NCBI RefSeq assembly: GCF_006345805.1 | Contig: NC_043019.1 | Span: forward strand, 15,003,360-15,067,359 | Reading direction: 5' to 3' | DNA from: Octopus sinensis | Taxonomy: Eukaryota | Length of the DNA: 64,000 bases | Part shown: piece by piece, positions 25,789-38,108 of the stretch | Position numbering within the stretch: the stretch's first letter is position 1 | Layout: each line of letters opens with the position of its first letter | Position numbers and translations under genes: made by a program | Notes under the pieces: generated by a model | The model's database searches: none | What the model was told of the DNA's origin: nothing | The model's input: the letters and a program-made list of their open reading frames with translations, nothing else

Positions 25789-26079
25789 CACCGTGATCGA
25801 CCAGGCTATCAGATGCTACACATCGCTGGCCACAATGCGCTTCGCATTGTTTTAACCTTCAAATGACGCCCCCCCCCACTCGCTGTCTCAGCGAGCAGGC
25901 CAACAGAAAAAAGAGTGAGAGAAAGTTGTGGTGAAAGAGTACAGCAGGGATCGCCCCCCCCCCTGCCGGAGCCTCGTGGAGCTTTAGGTGTTTTTCCTCA
26001 ATAAACACACACAACGCCCGGTCTGGGAATCGAAACCGCGATCCTACAACCGCGTGTCCGCTACCCTAACCACTGGGCC
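25789..26079 (-). mobile_element. SINE family C (tRNA-Arg-like head), tail variant 2
   Basis: Head GGCCCAGTGGTTAGGGTAGCGGACACGCGG..GGTTTCGATTCCC; tail differs from the copies at 34439 and 63200. Confidence 0.8.
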
Positions 26080-26479
26080 TGAAATTTTGGGGGAGGGAGC
26101 CAGTCTATTAGATTGACTCCAGTATGCAACTGTAACTTAATTTATCAACCTCGAAAGGATGAAAGACAAAGTTGACCTCGCCGGAAATTGAACTCAGAAC
26201 GTCGCACACTGGCGAAATGTTGCTAAGCAAACAGAATCGTTAATACGCCGGGCGAAATGCTTAGCGACATTTCGTCCGGCGTGTTGACGATTCCGTTTGC
26301 TTGATGCCTTAAAGATAAATTAGAAATCGTAATTAACTGCAAAAACGATATGTCACAAAACAACAAGAGCAACAAAAAATGAAGAAAGAACAATATGTTT
26401 GGAGCTGGACCAACGCTGACCTGGGGCTATACAAGACCTGGTGGGATACAGAAGAACAAGTTAAATAATAATTCATCAT

Positions 26480-28215
26480 TATGAAGCAGTGAGCTGGAAG
26501 AAAAGTTAGCACGCCGGGCGAAATGCTTAGCGCTGTTTCGTCTGTCTTTACATTCTGAGTTCAAATTCCGCCGAGGTCAACTTTGCCTTTCATCCCTTCG
26601 GGGTCGATAAATTAAGTACCGATGAAACACTGGGGTCGATGTAATTAACTATCCCCCCCCCCAAAGAAAATTTCAGGCCTTATGCCTATAGTAGAAAGGG
26701 CTATTTCGTCTGTCTTTACATTCTGAGTTCAAATTCCACCGAGGTCAACTTTGCCTTTCATCCCTTCGGGGTCGATAAATTAAGTACCGATGAAACACTG
26801 GGGTCGATGTAATTAACTATCCCCCCCCCCAAAGAAAATTTCAGGCCTTGTGCCTATAGTAGAAAGGGCTATTTCGTCTGTCTTTACATTCTGAGTTCAA
26901 ATTCCGCCGAGGTCAACTTTGCCTTTTATCCTTTCGGGGTCGATAAATTAAGTACCGATGAAACACTGGGGTCGATGTAATTAACTATCCCCCCCCCCAA
27001 AAAAAAATTTCAGGCCTTGTGTCTATAGTAGAAAGGGCTATTTCGTCTGTCTTTACATTCTGAGTTCAAATTCCGCCGAGGTCAACTTTGCCTTTTATCC
27101 TTTCGGGGTCGATAAATTAAGTACCGATGAAACACTGGGGTCGATGTAATTAACTATCCCACCCCCAAAAAAAATTTCAGGCCTTGTGCCTATAGTAGAA
27201 AGGGCTATTTCGTCTGTCTTTACATTCTGAGTTTCAAATTCCGCCGAGGTCAACTTTGCCTTTTATCCTTTCGGGGTCGATAAATTAAGTACCAGTCACG
27301 CACTGGGGTCGATGTAATTAACTATCCCCCCCCCAAAAAAAAATTTCAGGCCTTGTGCCTATAGTAGAAAGGGCTATTTCGTCTGTCTTTACATTCTGAG
27401 TTCAAATTCCGCCGAGGTCAACTTTGCCTTTCATCCCTTCGGGGTCAATAAATTAAGTACCGATGAAACACTGAGGTCGATGTAATTAACTATCCCCCCC
27501 CCCAAAAAAATGTCAGGCCTTGTGCCTATAGTAGAAAGGGCTATTTCGTCTGTCTTTACATTCTGAGTTTCAAATTCCGCCGAGGTCAACTTTGCCTTTT
27601 ATCCTTTCGGGGTCGATAAATTAAGTACCAGTCACGCACTGGGGTCGATGTAATTAACTATCCCCCCCCCCAAAAAAAAATTTCAGGCCTTGTGCCTATA
27701 GTAGAAAGGGCTATTTCGTCTGTCTTTACATTCTGAGTTCAAATTCCGCCGAGGTCAACTTTGCCTTTTATCCTTTCGGGGTCGATAAATTAAGTACCGA
27801 TGAAACACTGGGGTCGATGTAATTAACTATCCCCCCCCCCCAAAAAAAAAATTTTAGGCCTTGTGCCTATAGTAGAAAGGGCTATTTCGTCTGTCTTTAC
27901 ATTCTGAGTTCAAATTCCGCCGAGGTCAACTTTGCCTTTCATCCCTTCGGGGTCAATAAATTAAGTACCGATGAAACACTGAGGTCGATGTAATTAACTA
28001 TCCCCCTCCCCCAAATTTCAGGCCTTGTGCCTATAGTAGAAAGGGCTATTTCGTCTGTCTTTACATTCTGAGTTCAAATTACGCGGAGATCAACTTTGCC
28101 TTTCATCCTTTCGGGGTCGATAAATTAAGTACCAGTTGCGTACTGGAGTCGATCTAATCGACTGGCGCCCTCCCCGCCAAATTTCAGGCCTTGTGTCTAT
28201 AGTAGAAAAGAATCA
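26480..28215 (+). repeat. Tandem array of ten ~168-bp units derived from the SINE-A body
   Basis: TTTCGTCTGTCTTTACATTCTGAG recurs at about 26536, 26704, 26872, 27041, 27208, 27377, 27544, 27714, 27885 and 28049. Only the first unit has the SINE head. Confidence 0.95.
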
Positions 28216-28505
28216 TTAGCACGCTGGACGAAATGCGACATTTCGCTTGTCGCCACGTTCTGTGTTCAAATTCCACCGCGGTTGATTTTGCCTTTCATCC
28301 TTTCGGGGTCGATTTTGCCTTTCATCCTTTCGGGGTCGATAAAATAAGTACCAGTTGAACACTGGAGATCCCTCTAATCGAATCGTCCCCTCCCCCAAAC
28401 TGTCCTTGTGGCAAAAAGTTGAAATAATTATTAGAATATGAAATATGCTAATTTCGTATTCTCTCTACCAAATGCAAAATACCTTTGCTAGCTCACATCT
28501 TGTGA

Positions 28506-28515
28506 TGCGCATGCG
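28506..28515. promoter_or_regulatory. NRF1-like palindrome TGCGCATGCG about 200 bp upstream of the CDC20-family ATG (possible core promoter element)
   Basis: Motif match and position only. A TTTGAA (CHR-like) hexamer lies near 28626, but this is common in AT-rich DNA. Confidence 0.3.
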
Positions 28516-28708
28516 TCAAATAACAGGTGCGGCGACCACAACAAACGAGGCGTATCGATAATATAATTTAACGTTTCACCGTCCTCGCTAGATTAGAGTT
28601 ATTGAATGACTTATAAATTGAAAACTTTGAAAAATACAGTGAAAAATAACACTCTGCGACCGAAATCCTTCTGACAATTTGTTGTAGAATTCCAAGAAAT
28701 AAGAGACA

Positions 28709-29027
28709 ATGGCTGACAGAGCCATAGCAATATACGAAAGTTTCGAAGATTCCTTGCAATGCAGTCCAACTTTGTTAGAGAGGTCGTTTCACACGTTTTC
28801 GTTTGATCGTTATATTCCCTTCCGACCGAATTTAAACGTAGACCATGCACATTTGAAAGTAATTTCTAGCAACAAGGGGAACCAAAATGGCAGTGGAGTG
28901 CGTCGTCACAGTACACCCTGTCTGGGACATAGTGATGCCGAAAATTACCAGATTTACTTGAATGCCGCTTTAGAAAACAATAATGAAAACGTGCTTCCAT
29001 TAACGACGAAAAACGGGATTAAAAACC
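28709..29027 (+). CDS. CDC20/Fizzy-family APC/C co-activator, coding exon 1 (C-box)
   Basis: ATG at 28709; C-box-like DRYIPFR followed by NLNVDHAH; donor AAC C|GTAAGT at 29027/29028 (phase 1, 319 nt). Confidence 0.8.
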
Positions 29028-29811
29028 GTAAGTCCGAATTTTAGAATATTAATTTTTTTTGACGAGGCACTAAATCTCTGTCTGTCTGTCTCTCTCTCTC
29101 TCTCTACACACATACAAACACAAAATATTTTTGTAGTTGTTTTAGTCATTGAAGGGTGCCCTTCCGAAGCATCGACTTAAGTCGTTTTAATCTGACATAT
29201 TTACTCTAGTACATGTTTTTGTTTTATAAAGTCTTGTACTTATTCTATCGGTTACTAAGTTACAAGTAATGCAAACAAACCAACAGCTGTTACCAAGTCA
29301 TGGGGGTGAAGTGAAACACACACATATTTGAGTGGCTCCACATACTTTCCGTGACCCCGGTCAACTCCCAAGGTATTTGTCGGCTCACAGCTATAGCAGA
29401 AGATAGGCGCTGAGCAATGGTACTGAACTCTAACCCACGTGGTTGTACTATAAACTTTATGAATGAATTCATATACTGATTACATTTTCCTTTGGTCCAA
29501 AGGTTATATACAAGTTCACCTATCGATATTCCGAGTCCCATAAAAAAACTCGGGGAAGCAATGGGAGGAGGGGTAAAACGAACCCTTCACGTGTTCTAAA
29601 ACACTTAGAAAATCGAACATTGGTTTTCTCTCGCTTACGTACACACTTACACACACACACACACACAGTTGAAGGAGGGGGGAATGTGACGTTCACGTCT
29701 TAGCTTTGAAAGTGAAGTACAAGTGTTTTTTTTTTTACTCCAGATTCGAAACCGCAACGCAGTCTTTTACTTCCGTGTGAGTTAGTATTTATTTTAGCAT
29801 AACAACACCTC

Positions 29812-30221
29812 TTTACTCTTTTACTTGTTTCAGTCATTTGACTGCGGCCATGCTGGAGCACCGCCTTTAGTCGAGCAAATCGACCCCGGGACTTATTCTT
29901 TGTAAGCCCAGTACTTACTCTATCGGTCTCTTTTGCCGAACCGCTAAGTGACGGGGACGTAATCACACCAGCATCGGTTGTCAAGCAATGCTAGGGGGAC
30001 AAACACTGACACACATACACACACACATACATATATATATATATATTATATATATATACGACAGGCTTCTTTCAGTTTCCGTCTACCAAATCCACTCACA
30101 AGGCATTGGTCGGCCCAAGGCTATAGCAGAAGACACTTGCCCAAGGTGCCACGCAGTGGGACTGAACCCGGAACCATGTGGTTGGTAAGCAAGCTACTTA
30201 CCACACAGCCACTCCTGCGCC
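29812..30221 (-). mobile_element. SINE family B, full length
   Basis: Consensus match. Confidence 0.9.
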
Positions 30222-31033
30222 TTATGTAGAAATTACACACGCCTCTCTCCCTATGCAACGAGGGAGTCTCCACATGGTTATACAACTCATCTAGAAATAG
30301 CAGCTAAATCTTACCCTATCGAAGAATATATCTATGCCGTTGTTCGACCAACTAAGAATTATTAGTCAAAACATCCCCACTTGACTGGTACAAGGGCAGA
30401 TTTGGCTGCTATTTCTAGCACGCCCTACTACCACGTAAGAGTTATTTGCGATAAAGAACCCGAAATAGCTGTTACGTGATACCAGGGAGTGCTAAAAATA
30501 GCAGCCACAGCTTTCTTTTTCTGGGAGAAAGGAGCCGTTTATGCATGATTTCGATGTTACATTCGTTGAAAGCATGTGAAATAATCTGGAAAAGAGAAAC
30601 CCCCCGCGAAACAAAACTCCGTTGGTGGGGAAACACGGAGCTTCCTGGGAAAGTTTAATGTCCGCACACTCCCCCCCCCTTTCTTTTCCGGAAGAAAATG
30701 GCTTGCGGCGGGTTTGGAGGTGAGACATGTCGAATGCACCCGAAAGATCTTGTGGAAAAAAATTATCTGACACCGAAGTACGAACGAGTCAAAATCGTTA
30801 ATTGATGTTCATGTGAATACAACCTGAATAAAACAAGTTTCGCGTAAATCGAACCACGGGTTACCGAACCACGTAAATCGAACCACGGGTTACCGAGATA
30901 CGCGTGTTTTTTTTTTTTTTTTTTCGGGTACCTTTATAAATAGCCAAACCGGTTTGTAATGGGGGAAATGCTTTGAAAGTAAGGTACCATTGAAATGTGA
31001 ATACAAACGGAATAACACAAGTTACGCAGTTTA

Positions 31034-31440
31034 CTCTTTTACTCTTTTACTTGTTTCAGTTATTTGACTGCGGCCATGCTGGAGCACCGCCTTTAGTCGA
31101 GCAAATCGACCCCGGGACTTATTCTTACTAAGCCCAGTACTTATTCTATCGGTCTGTTTTGCCGAACCGCTAAGTTACTGGGATGTCAACACACCAGCAT
31201 CGGTTATCAAGCGATATGGGAGAACAAACACAGACACACAAACACGCACACACACACACACACACATATATACACGACAGGCTTCTTTCAGTTTCCGTCT
31301 ACCAAATCCACTCACAAGGCATTGGTCGGCTCGGGGCTATAGCAGAAGACACTTGCCCAAGGTGCCACGCAGTGGGACTGAACCCGGAACCATGTGGTTG
31401 GTTAGCAAGCTACTTACCACACAGCCACTCCTGCACCTAT
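31034..31440 (-). mobile_element. SINE family B with 13-bp TSD
   Basis: GTTACGCAGTTTA at 31021-31033 and 31441-31453. Confidence 0.9.
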
Positions 31441-31906
31441 GTTACGCAGTTTATTATTTTTTTCCCAGGTACTTCGAACTATTGGTGACCCAACGCGTCA
31501 CGGGCAGTCTAGTAAAATTGAAAAATGTATTTTGGATCCTTTCGGTTTGAACGGCAGTTTTTTTTCTAGCGGTGTCATGAAATTGTCACCCATAATTATG
31601 ACCCTAGTATCGATCTATTGCATTTCAATCTGAGTTAGGGGTGGGGGGAAGGGTATCTTTTTTTTCTTCACAAATGTAAATAAACCCAATCTGTTTCTTA
31701 AACGATGGTCATATTCATAGGGCACAGAATGTTTTTTACCTCAATAGACGTCAGTGATTGGTTGAAATTGCAGAAATTGAAGAAAAAACAATAAATATCT
31801 TACAAACTATAGAATTTTCTCAATAAAGCCAAGAGAAAAAGATGTTTTGTAAACACATTCTACCAGTAAACTAAGTTTAAAATTTTTTAGTTACCTAGAA
31901 ATTATG

Positions 31907-33041
31907 GGTAGACTGGACCCGGTGCGCGCATCCGCGCATCCGCGCTAGCCAGTCGTAGGTAGTCGATCCTACAGCGACTTGCGTATGCAAATGAGCTGAT
32001 TGGCGCAACATTGCAAAAACTAAGTTAATAGCGAGCCCCTACTGGAGCTTAGGAAATATTTTTCAACGATATACGGTGTATATTATTTTAAAGACAATTG
32101 CGTTTTTTTTCGTTACAAAACAATTAGAAGCATTGAAAAACATTTCTTTTTTCAAAGTAGACCACTACAGGCGACAATTCACTTGTGTTTCCTTTGAATA
32201 GCTACGGCAAACTGCAGCTTGAAAATTCAAAAAAAAGTTTTAAAAAATTGGCTTAACCCCTCCCCCACCAACAAGGTAATTTTACTGTAGGCTTCAACAG
32301 GAAAATCGGTTACTGGTGACAAGCCAACCACAACGTGGGGTCAGAATTTAGTTGCCTCGTATGAAATGGTTCACTGCGTTAAGTCTCTTCACTGTAAACT
32401 TATAGTAACCAAATTTCCCCCACGTAGAAATAAAACATTTCTATGAAGTAAAGGGTTACTTTACGTCTAGTTAGAAATAAACTCCTTTGATCAGGTCTGC
32501 ACGACCAGGGCAATCTTGGGACTGGGGACTGTTCAGCTGAAGTTAAAGACAAGAGTTCAGTTGGGTCTTTGGAGAAACTGAAAACAAGGAGCAAACACAG
32601 ACCTTGTACAACTTCGGTCAAGAGATATCTTCCACCGAGCTGCTAGAAAGAGCAGCCGAATTTTGTTTTAAAGTCAAACTGAACAAATGCAGTATTGGAT
32701 TTACAACAAAGCGGGATGGCCACGACCAAAATGTCTAATAATTTAGGGTTGGTCAGGGGTTAAATTCCAGTTGAAAGAGAACGAGCATAGCTGAACGGTT
32801 AACGAAGTTTGCCGTAGCTATTCAAAGGAAACACAAGTGAATTGTCGCCTGTAGTGGTCTACTTTGAAAAAAAAAAAATGTTTGACTGTCCTTAAGGCTG
32901 TTTTTTTTTTTTTTTTTCAATGCTTCTAATCAGCTCATTTGCATACGCAAGTCGCTGTAGGATCGACTACCTACGACTGGCTAGCGCGGATGCGCGTCTG
33001 CGCGCGTGTGCAAACCGGGTCCAGTCTACGCGACTAGTACC
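31907..33041. mobile_element. Larger Mutator-like/foldback element related to 18612-18913, with 9-bp TSD, nested in another inverted-repeat element
   Basis: GAAATTATG at 31898-31906 and 33042-33050. Inverted arms 31907-~32215 and ~32805-33041 with indels. Host inverted repeat GGATCCTTTCGGTTTGAACGGCAGTTTTT at about 31535 and 33054-33081. Confidence 0.8.
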
Positions 33042-34438
33042 GAAATTATGATTAAAAACTGCCGTTCAAACCGAAAGGATCCTGTATTTTTTCTGTAGGA
33101 CTGGATTCCTGTCTGCGGCCCGGTAGTTGGGCCCTCTGTTTTCTATGGTTCAATTTGCACTTTACTGGTGCTGACTTGAAATGTAAGCATTTCAGGGTCT
33201 ATGAAACAAGTGGTATTAGGCAGGGGAAGGATCGTGGGTTTGTGGTTAGGGTGTTGGATTCAACACTATAAAGTCGTATTTCGATTCCTGAACCGGGCGG
33301 CGCGTTCTATCTTTGAGGAGGGCTTTTCATTTTACTTTGCTCCACTCTATTAAATCGAACTCCATTCTAGTCCTAGTGCAGATCTCCATACAGTTCGTCT
33401 CCTCGATGCCCCATTAAGTGGAAGAGTGGGTTGGCAGAGGCGGGGGGCGGTGGTGTCTGCTTGCGACTACAGAGATCTAATACAATTAACGGTACTTCAC
33501 ATGCTGTTAAGCCTGACCCGCTTGCGAGTGACGGCTGTGGTTTTTGGGAATTACCGGGGACATATTTTGGGGTCCAGCTCAACTGGCTGCATTCCCCTGT
33601 TACGCATTTTGGAGCCAAGGTGAAGTTATTTGCACTATCGGATCACTGCAGACGGGGTTTGTTGGTTTAACCAGGACAATAACATTTACATTATTTACAT
33701 TTTGACGGATATTTGTCCTCGTTTGTTGTTAACACAACGTTTCGGCTGATATACACTCCAGCCTTGTCCAAGGTGCCACGCAGTAGTATTGAACCCAGAA
33801 CAAATGTGGTTGGGAAGCAAGCTTCTTCCCACACGACCATTACTAAAATCTTACGTTATTATCTTTCAAAAAACGGGACACACTGACTAAAAACGAAAAA
33901 TATAGAATCATGTTCATGACAAAAATTTAAATTATAAATTTACTCGTTTAGGGCCGCCATGGGTTTAAACAACCACCTTTGCCTAATCAATGAAGAGCTT
34001 CTCCGAGAATATTCAATTCGCGAGGGATAGGAATTCAGAATCAAATCAGTGATACAAAAGAAAAAAAAAAGACATAATTTAGGCTGCAAGGATGGGTGGG
34101 TGGGTAGCGGTCTGAGGATATCGGGTGGTCATGGGTAAAATACTCGTCCTTGCAGTGGCATTTACTCGGAATGGGTTGAACCGGCTCCTGCCAACGAGTT
34201 CACCAGGTCCTTCCCGAATGCAGACCACATACGTCGGTCGCTTTTGACGTTCCAACAAGCAAAGTGATGTCCTTGCTTGCGGCCCAGAAATCCAGATCGC
34301 AAATATGTCCAATGTCCCATTGGAAGAGCAAGCACATTGGATAGCGCGGATGCCGTAGTTATCATTTGTTGTTGAGTTTTAGGGTACATCATTTGGAGTT
34401 TCCTTACTAGAACGCTTGCGTTTGAAAAGTTTCCTCAA

Positions 34439-34821
34439 TGAGGCGCAATGGCCCAGTGGTTAGGGCAGCGGACTCGCGGTCGGAGGATCGCGGTTTCGAT
34501 TCCCAGACCGGGCGTTGTGTGTGTTTATTGAGCAAGAACACCTAAAGCTCCACGGGGCTCCGGCAATGGGTGGTGGCGACCCCTGTTGTACTCTGTCGCT
34601 CCAACTTTCTCTCACTCTTTCTTCCTGTTTCTTGTCCCCGACTTCTTACGCTACGCAATCGCTGAGCCTGGATGCGCACTCATCCATCCGTCGATGCTCT
34701 CGGTGTCGGGGGTTGACCTGCTTTTCTCTTCTGCGGGTCTTACGAATGGCAAAGGACCACGTTTCGGACTTCTCCCACTCTGCGACGAAGACCGCTTCGC
34801 TCAACAAACAAACAAACAAAC
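34439..34821 (+). mobile_element. SINE family C, tail variant 3 ending in (CAAA)n, 10-bp TSD
   Basis: GTTTCCTCAA at 34429-34438 and 34822-34831; head GAGGCGCAATGGCCCAGTGGTTAGGGCAGCGGACTCGCGG. Confidence 0.9.
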
Positions 34822-34951
34822 GTTTCCTCAAGTAGGACTGATTTGTGGGGCAAAACAACCCCACCTCCCCGATTTCCGTTTGTTAAACAATATAACTCCC
34901 GATTGAATAAATCTGCATTTATTATTATTTATTTTGTTTTTTTTTTTATAG

Positions 34952-35089
34952 GAAGAAGCTCCGTCAGTTCCCCGCCATGGCAAGTCGATGTCGATGACGT
35001 TTTTTTCTCATCACCAAAACGAAAAAAGCGAAAGTTAATTACAAGTCCGTCACGGGTCTTAGACATGCCTGGCCTACGAGATGACATTT
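34952..35089 (+). CDS. CDC20/Fizzy-family gene, coding exon 2
   Basis: Acceptor poly-T..ATAG|GA, 138 nt, phase 1-1; encodes SPKRKKRKLITSPSRVLDMPGLRDDI, matching the family RxI..PxRVLDAPxLxDDFY segment; donor T|GTGAGT. Confidence 0.85.
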
Positions 35090-35151
35090 GTGAGTATTAT
35101 AGTACATCATTATATATACGTGTATATGTATATATTCGTGTTTATAGGCGT

Positions 35152-35204
<53 letters not shown>

Positions 35205-35228
35205 CACACACACACAAACACACATATA

Positions 35229-35422
35229 TACTTTGTTTCAGTCATGTGACTGTGGCCATGCTGGAGCACCGCCTTTAGTCGAGCAAATCGACCCCAGAGC
35301 TTATTTCTTTGTAAGCCTAGTACTTATTCCATCGGTCTGTTTTGCCGAACCGCTAAGTTACGGAGACGTAAACACACCAGCATCGGTTGTCAAGCGATGT
35401 TGAGGGAGGGGGACATACAAAC

Positions 35423-35492
<70 letters not shown>

Positions 35493-35960
35493 TATATGCG
35501 CAGGAGTGCCTGTGTGGTAAGTAGCTTGCTAACCAACCACATGGTTCCGGGTTCAGTCCCACTGCGTGGCGTCTCGGGCAAGTGTCTTCTGCTATAGCCC
35601 CGGGCCGACCAATGCCTTGTGAGTGGATTTGGTAGACGGAAACTGAGAGAAGCCTGTTGTATATATGTATATATATATATGTGTTTGTGTGTCAGTGTTT
35701 GTCCCCCTAGCATTGCATGACAACCGATGCTGGTGTGTTTACGTCCCCGTCACTTAGCGGCTCGGCAAAAGGGACCGATAGAATAAGTACTGGGCTTACA
35801 AAGAATAAGTCCCGGGGTCGATTTGCTCGACTAAAGGCGGTGCTCCAGCATGGCCGCAGTCAAATGACTGAAACAAGTAAAAGAGTAAAAGAGTAATTTA
35901 TACGACGGGCTTCTTTCAGTTTCCGTCTACCAAATCCACGCATAAGGCTTTGGTTATCCC
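35229..35960. mobile_element. Plus-strand SINE-B (35497-35895) inserted into the central microsatellite of a minus-strand SINE-B
   Basis: 3' half of the minus copy at 35229-35490; remainder ATACGACGGGCTTCTTTCAG at about 35900-35960. Confidence 0.8.
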
Positions 35961-36299
35961 GTGTGTGTGTGTGTGTGTGTGTGTGTAATAGTCTTCAGTT
36001 TCGTTTTATCGTCAGGGTTTGTTGAAATCGTTTCGTCTATGGACCGTAGATGAATAAAATTACGGATAGATTAAGTGCAGGACTTTCTTAAAAAGATATC
36101 TGTTGCTGTATAACTGGGAAATGTTTAAAACATTAAGCAACAATAAAGAAAAGCAAACAAAACAAACAATTGATATCGCATATATCGGATGAATAAAGGA
36201 AAAAATAACAAAAAAACCCTCCAGAAAAGGCATAGTGATTTTTTTTTTTTGTCTTGTACAGTTCGATCGTATTCTATTGATAGAAATATAAAACAATTG

Positions 36300-36830
36300 T
36301 ATAAAATATAAGAAAACTATATTCTTATAAATGTCTTATGAAAAAAATATATAAAAAATCTTATAAAATACTTATAAAACACAAATAGCGTTTATAAAAA
36401 CGTAAATACCATAAATAAAAATCTTAGGAAATAAAAATATAAAAATCTTATAAATAAAAATAGCACATTTACAAATATAGGATATATATGTGTATATATA
36501 TATATATATAAAAGTAACATATATACAAATATAAAATACTATATAAAAATATATAAAAAATGTAAAAAAAATATACTGTATATAAAAGTATAAAAATAGC
36601 ATGTAATACATAGGTAAAATTGTAAATATAAATTTATATAAAAATTGCATTTATAAAAAATACTAAATATATAAAGTATAAAATAAAAACAAAAGTATAA
36701 AAATATGAAAATACAATCTTATATAAATAATAATCGTGTATATAAAAATATTATAACGATATCATGTTTAAAAATATAAAATTATAAAGAAAATCTTATA
36801 AAAAAAAAACCAGCTATAAATATAGCATAA
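36300..36830. repeat. Extremely A/T-rich low-complexity tract (ATAAAAATAT-like)
   Basis: Direct inspection; almost no G/C. Confidence 0.85.
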
Positions 36831-37334
36831 AAATAATAGAAACATTATCACAAGAAAGAAAGAAAAATAGTTTTGGAGGGGAAAACAATGTTGAAAATAA
36901 TAACAGATGTCTTGCCTTAATTTGTGTACCATCAGCACAAAATTGGTGCTAGTTTTTTGTTTTTGGTAAACTAATTTTAGTAAAGGACTTTATGGAGAGA
37001 GAGAGAGAGAGAGAGAAACAAAGAAAAAACTGTTTTCAGCGAGACCAGATCCATATGTTGATGGTATATTTATTTATTCACAACCCTCGTTGTGTATTGG
37101 TACTTTGGTAAATAATGAAGTTTACATAAAGGCATAGAAGATGAGCATGAATGCCGATAGCGGGTTTACTGTCCATAGAAAAAATTGATTTTTTGTTCGA
37201 TCTGGTGTCTACATAGATTGATCAATAACTGAAACATGCCAAAGCAGCAGCAGCGGCAGCAGCAGCAGCAGCAATGGATTGGAATTAGCTGTTATAGATT
37301 CGGCTGTGTTGTTTGTGGCTGTCTTAATGGGTTT

Positions 37335-37391
<57 letters not shown>

Positions 37392-38074
37392 CGTTAAATA
37401 GCCGAGCACTTGTTGTTGCTTAGCTCCTGGTCAGCATTGAACTGTCAGATCTTACGATCAAAGACGTTCCACCCATGACCATTCATAGTGTTTCTAGGCA
37501 CGATGCACTCAAGATTTCTACAGTCTGTTTTACTTGGCAGCATTTCATCGGTCTTTACGCTCCGAGTTCAAACTCCGCCGAGGTCGACTTTGCCATTCGT
37601 CCTTCCGAGGTCGATAAATTAAGTACCAGCTGCTTACCGAGGTCGATGTAATTGACTTCCCCCTCCTCTCAAAATTGCTGGCCTTGTTCCAAAATTTGAA
37701 ACCAATACTACGTTCTCTTTTATTTAGCTGGATTTCACCCGTCTCACATTCTAAGCTCAAATTCCGCCGTGGTCGACTTAGTCGTTCGTCCTATCGAGGT
37801 CGATAAAATAAATACCATTCAACTACTGGGGTCGATACAATTGACTTACCTCCTCCCCCGAACCTGTGCCAAAATTTCAGACCAATATTACATTGACGTT
37901 TACTTGTTTCGGTCATTAGACGGCGACCATGCTGGGGCACCGCCCTGAATTTTTAGCTGAACGAAACGATCCCATTCTTTAAGAAGCCTGGTATTTACTT
38001 TATTTGTCGTTTTTGCCGAACAGCTAAGTTACGGGGATGTTAAGCAGTGGTGGTAGATGACACAGACATACCCC

Positions 38075-38108
<34 letters not shown>

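Noticed and set aside
26480-28215. CRISPR-like regular array
   Set aside because: Units are whole-length repeats with no unique spacers, derive from a SINE body, and the DNA is eukaryotic with no cas genes.
29978-30229. Recurring peptides such as RHLPKVPRSGTEPGTMWLVSKLLTTQP in many short ORFs
   Set aside because: Conceptual translations of SINE-B copies, not a gene family.
34079-34392. Minus-strand ORFs of 76-77 aa
   Set aside because: WNVKSDRRMW faintly resembles an RTE C-terminus, but the evidence is too weak to call either a gene or a LINE.
36001-36020. Minus-strand CTGACGA-TAAAAC-GAAAC
   Set aside because: No stem II pairing and no stem I partner; likely chance.
37209-37330. Second GPI-signal-like peptide on minus (NSNPLLLLLLPLLLLWHV)
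   Set aside because: The Leu run comes from a (CAG)n microsatellite and the frame is preceded by (TA)n with no convincing acceptor.
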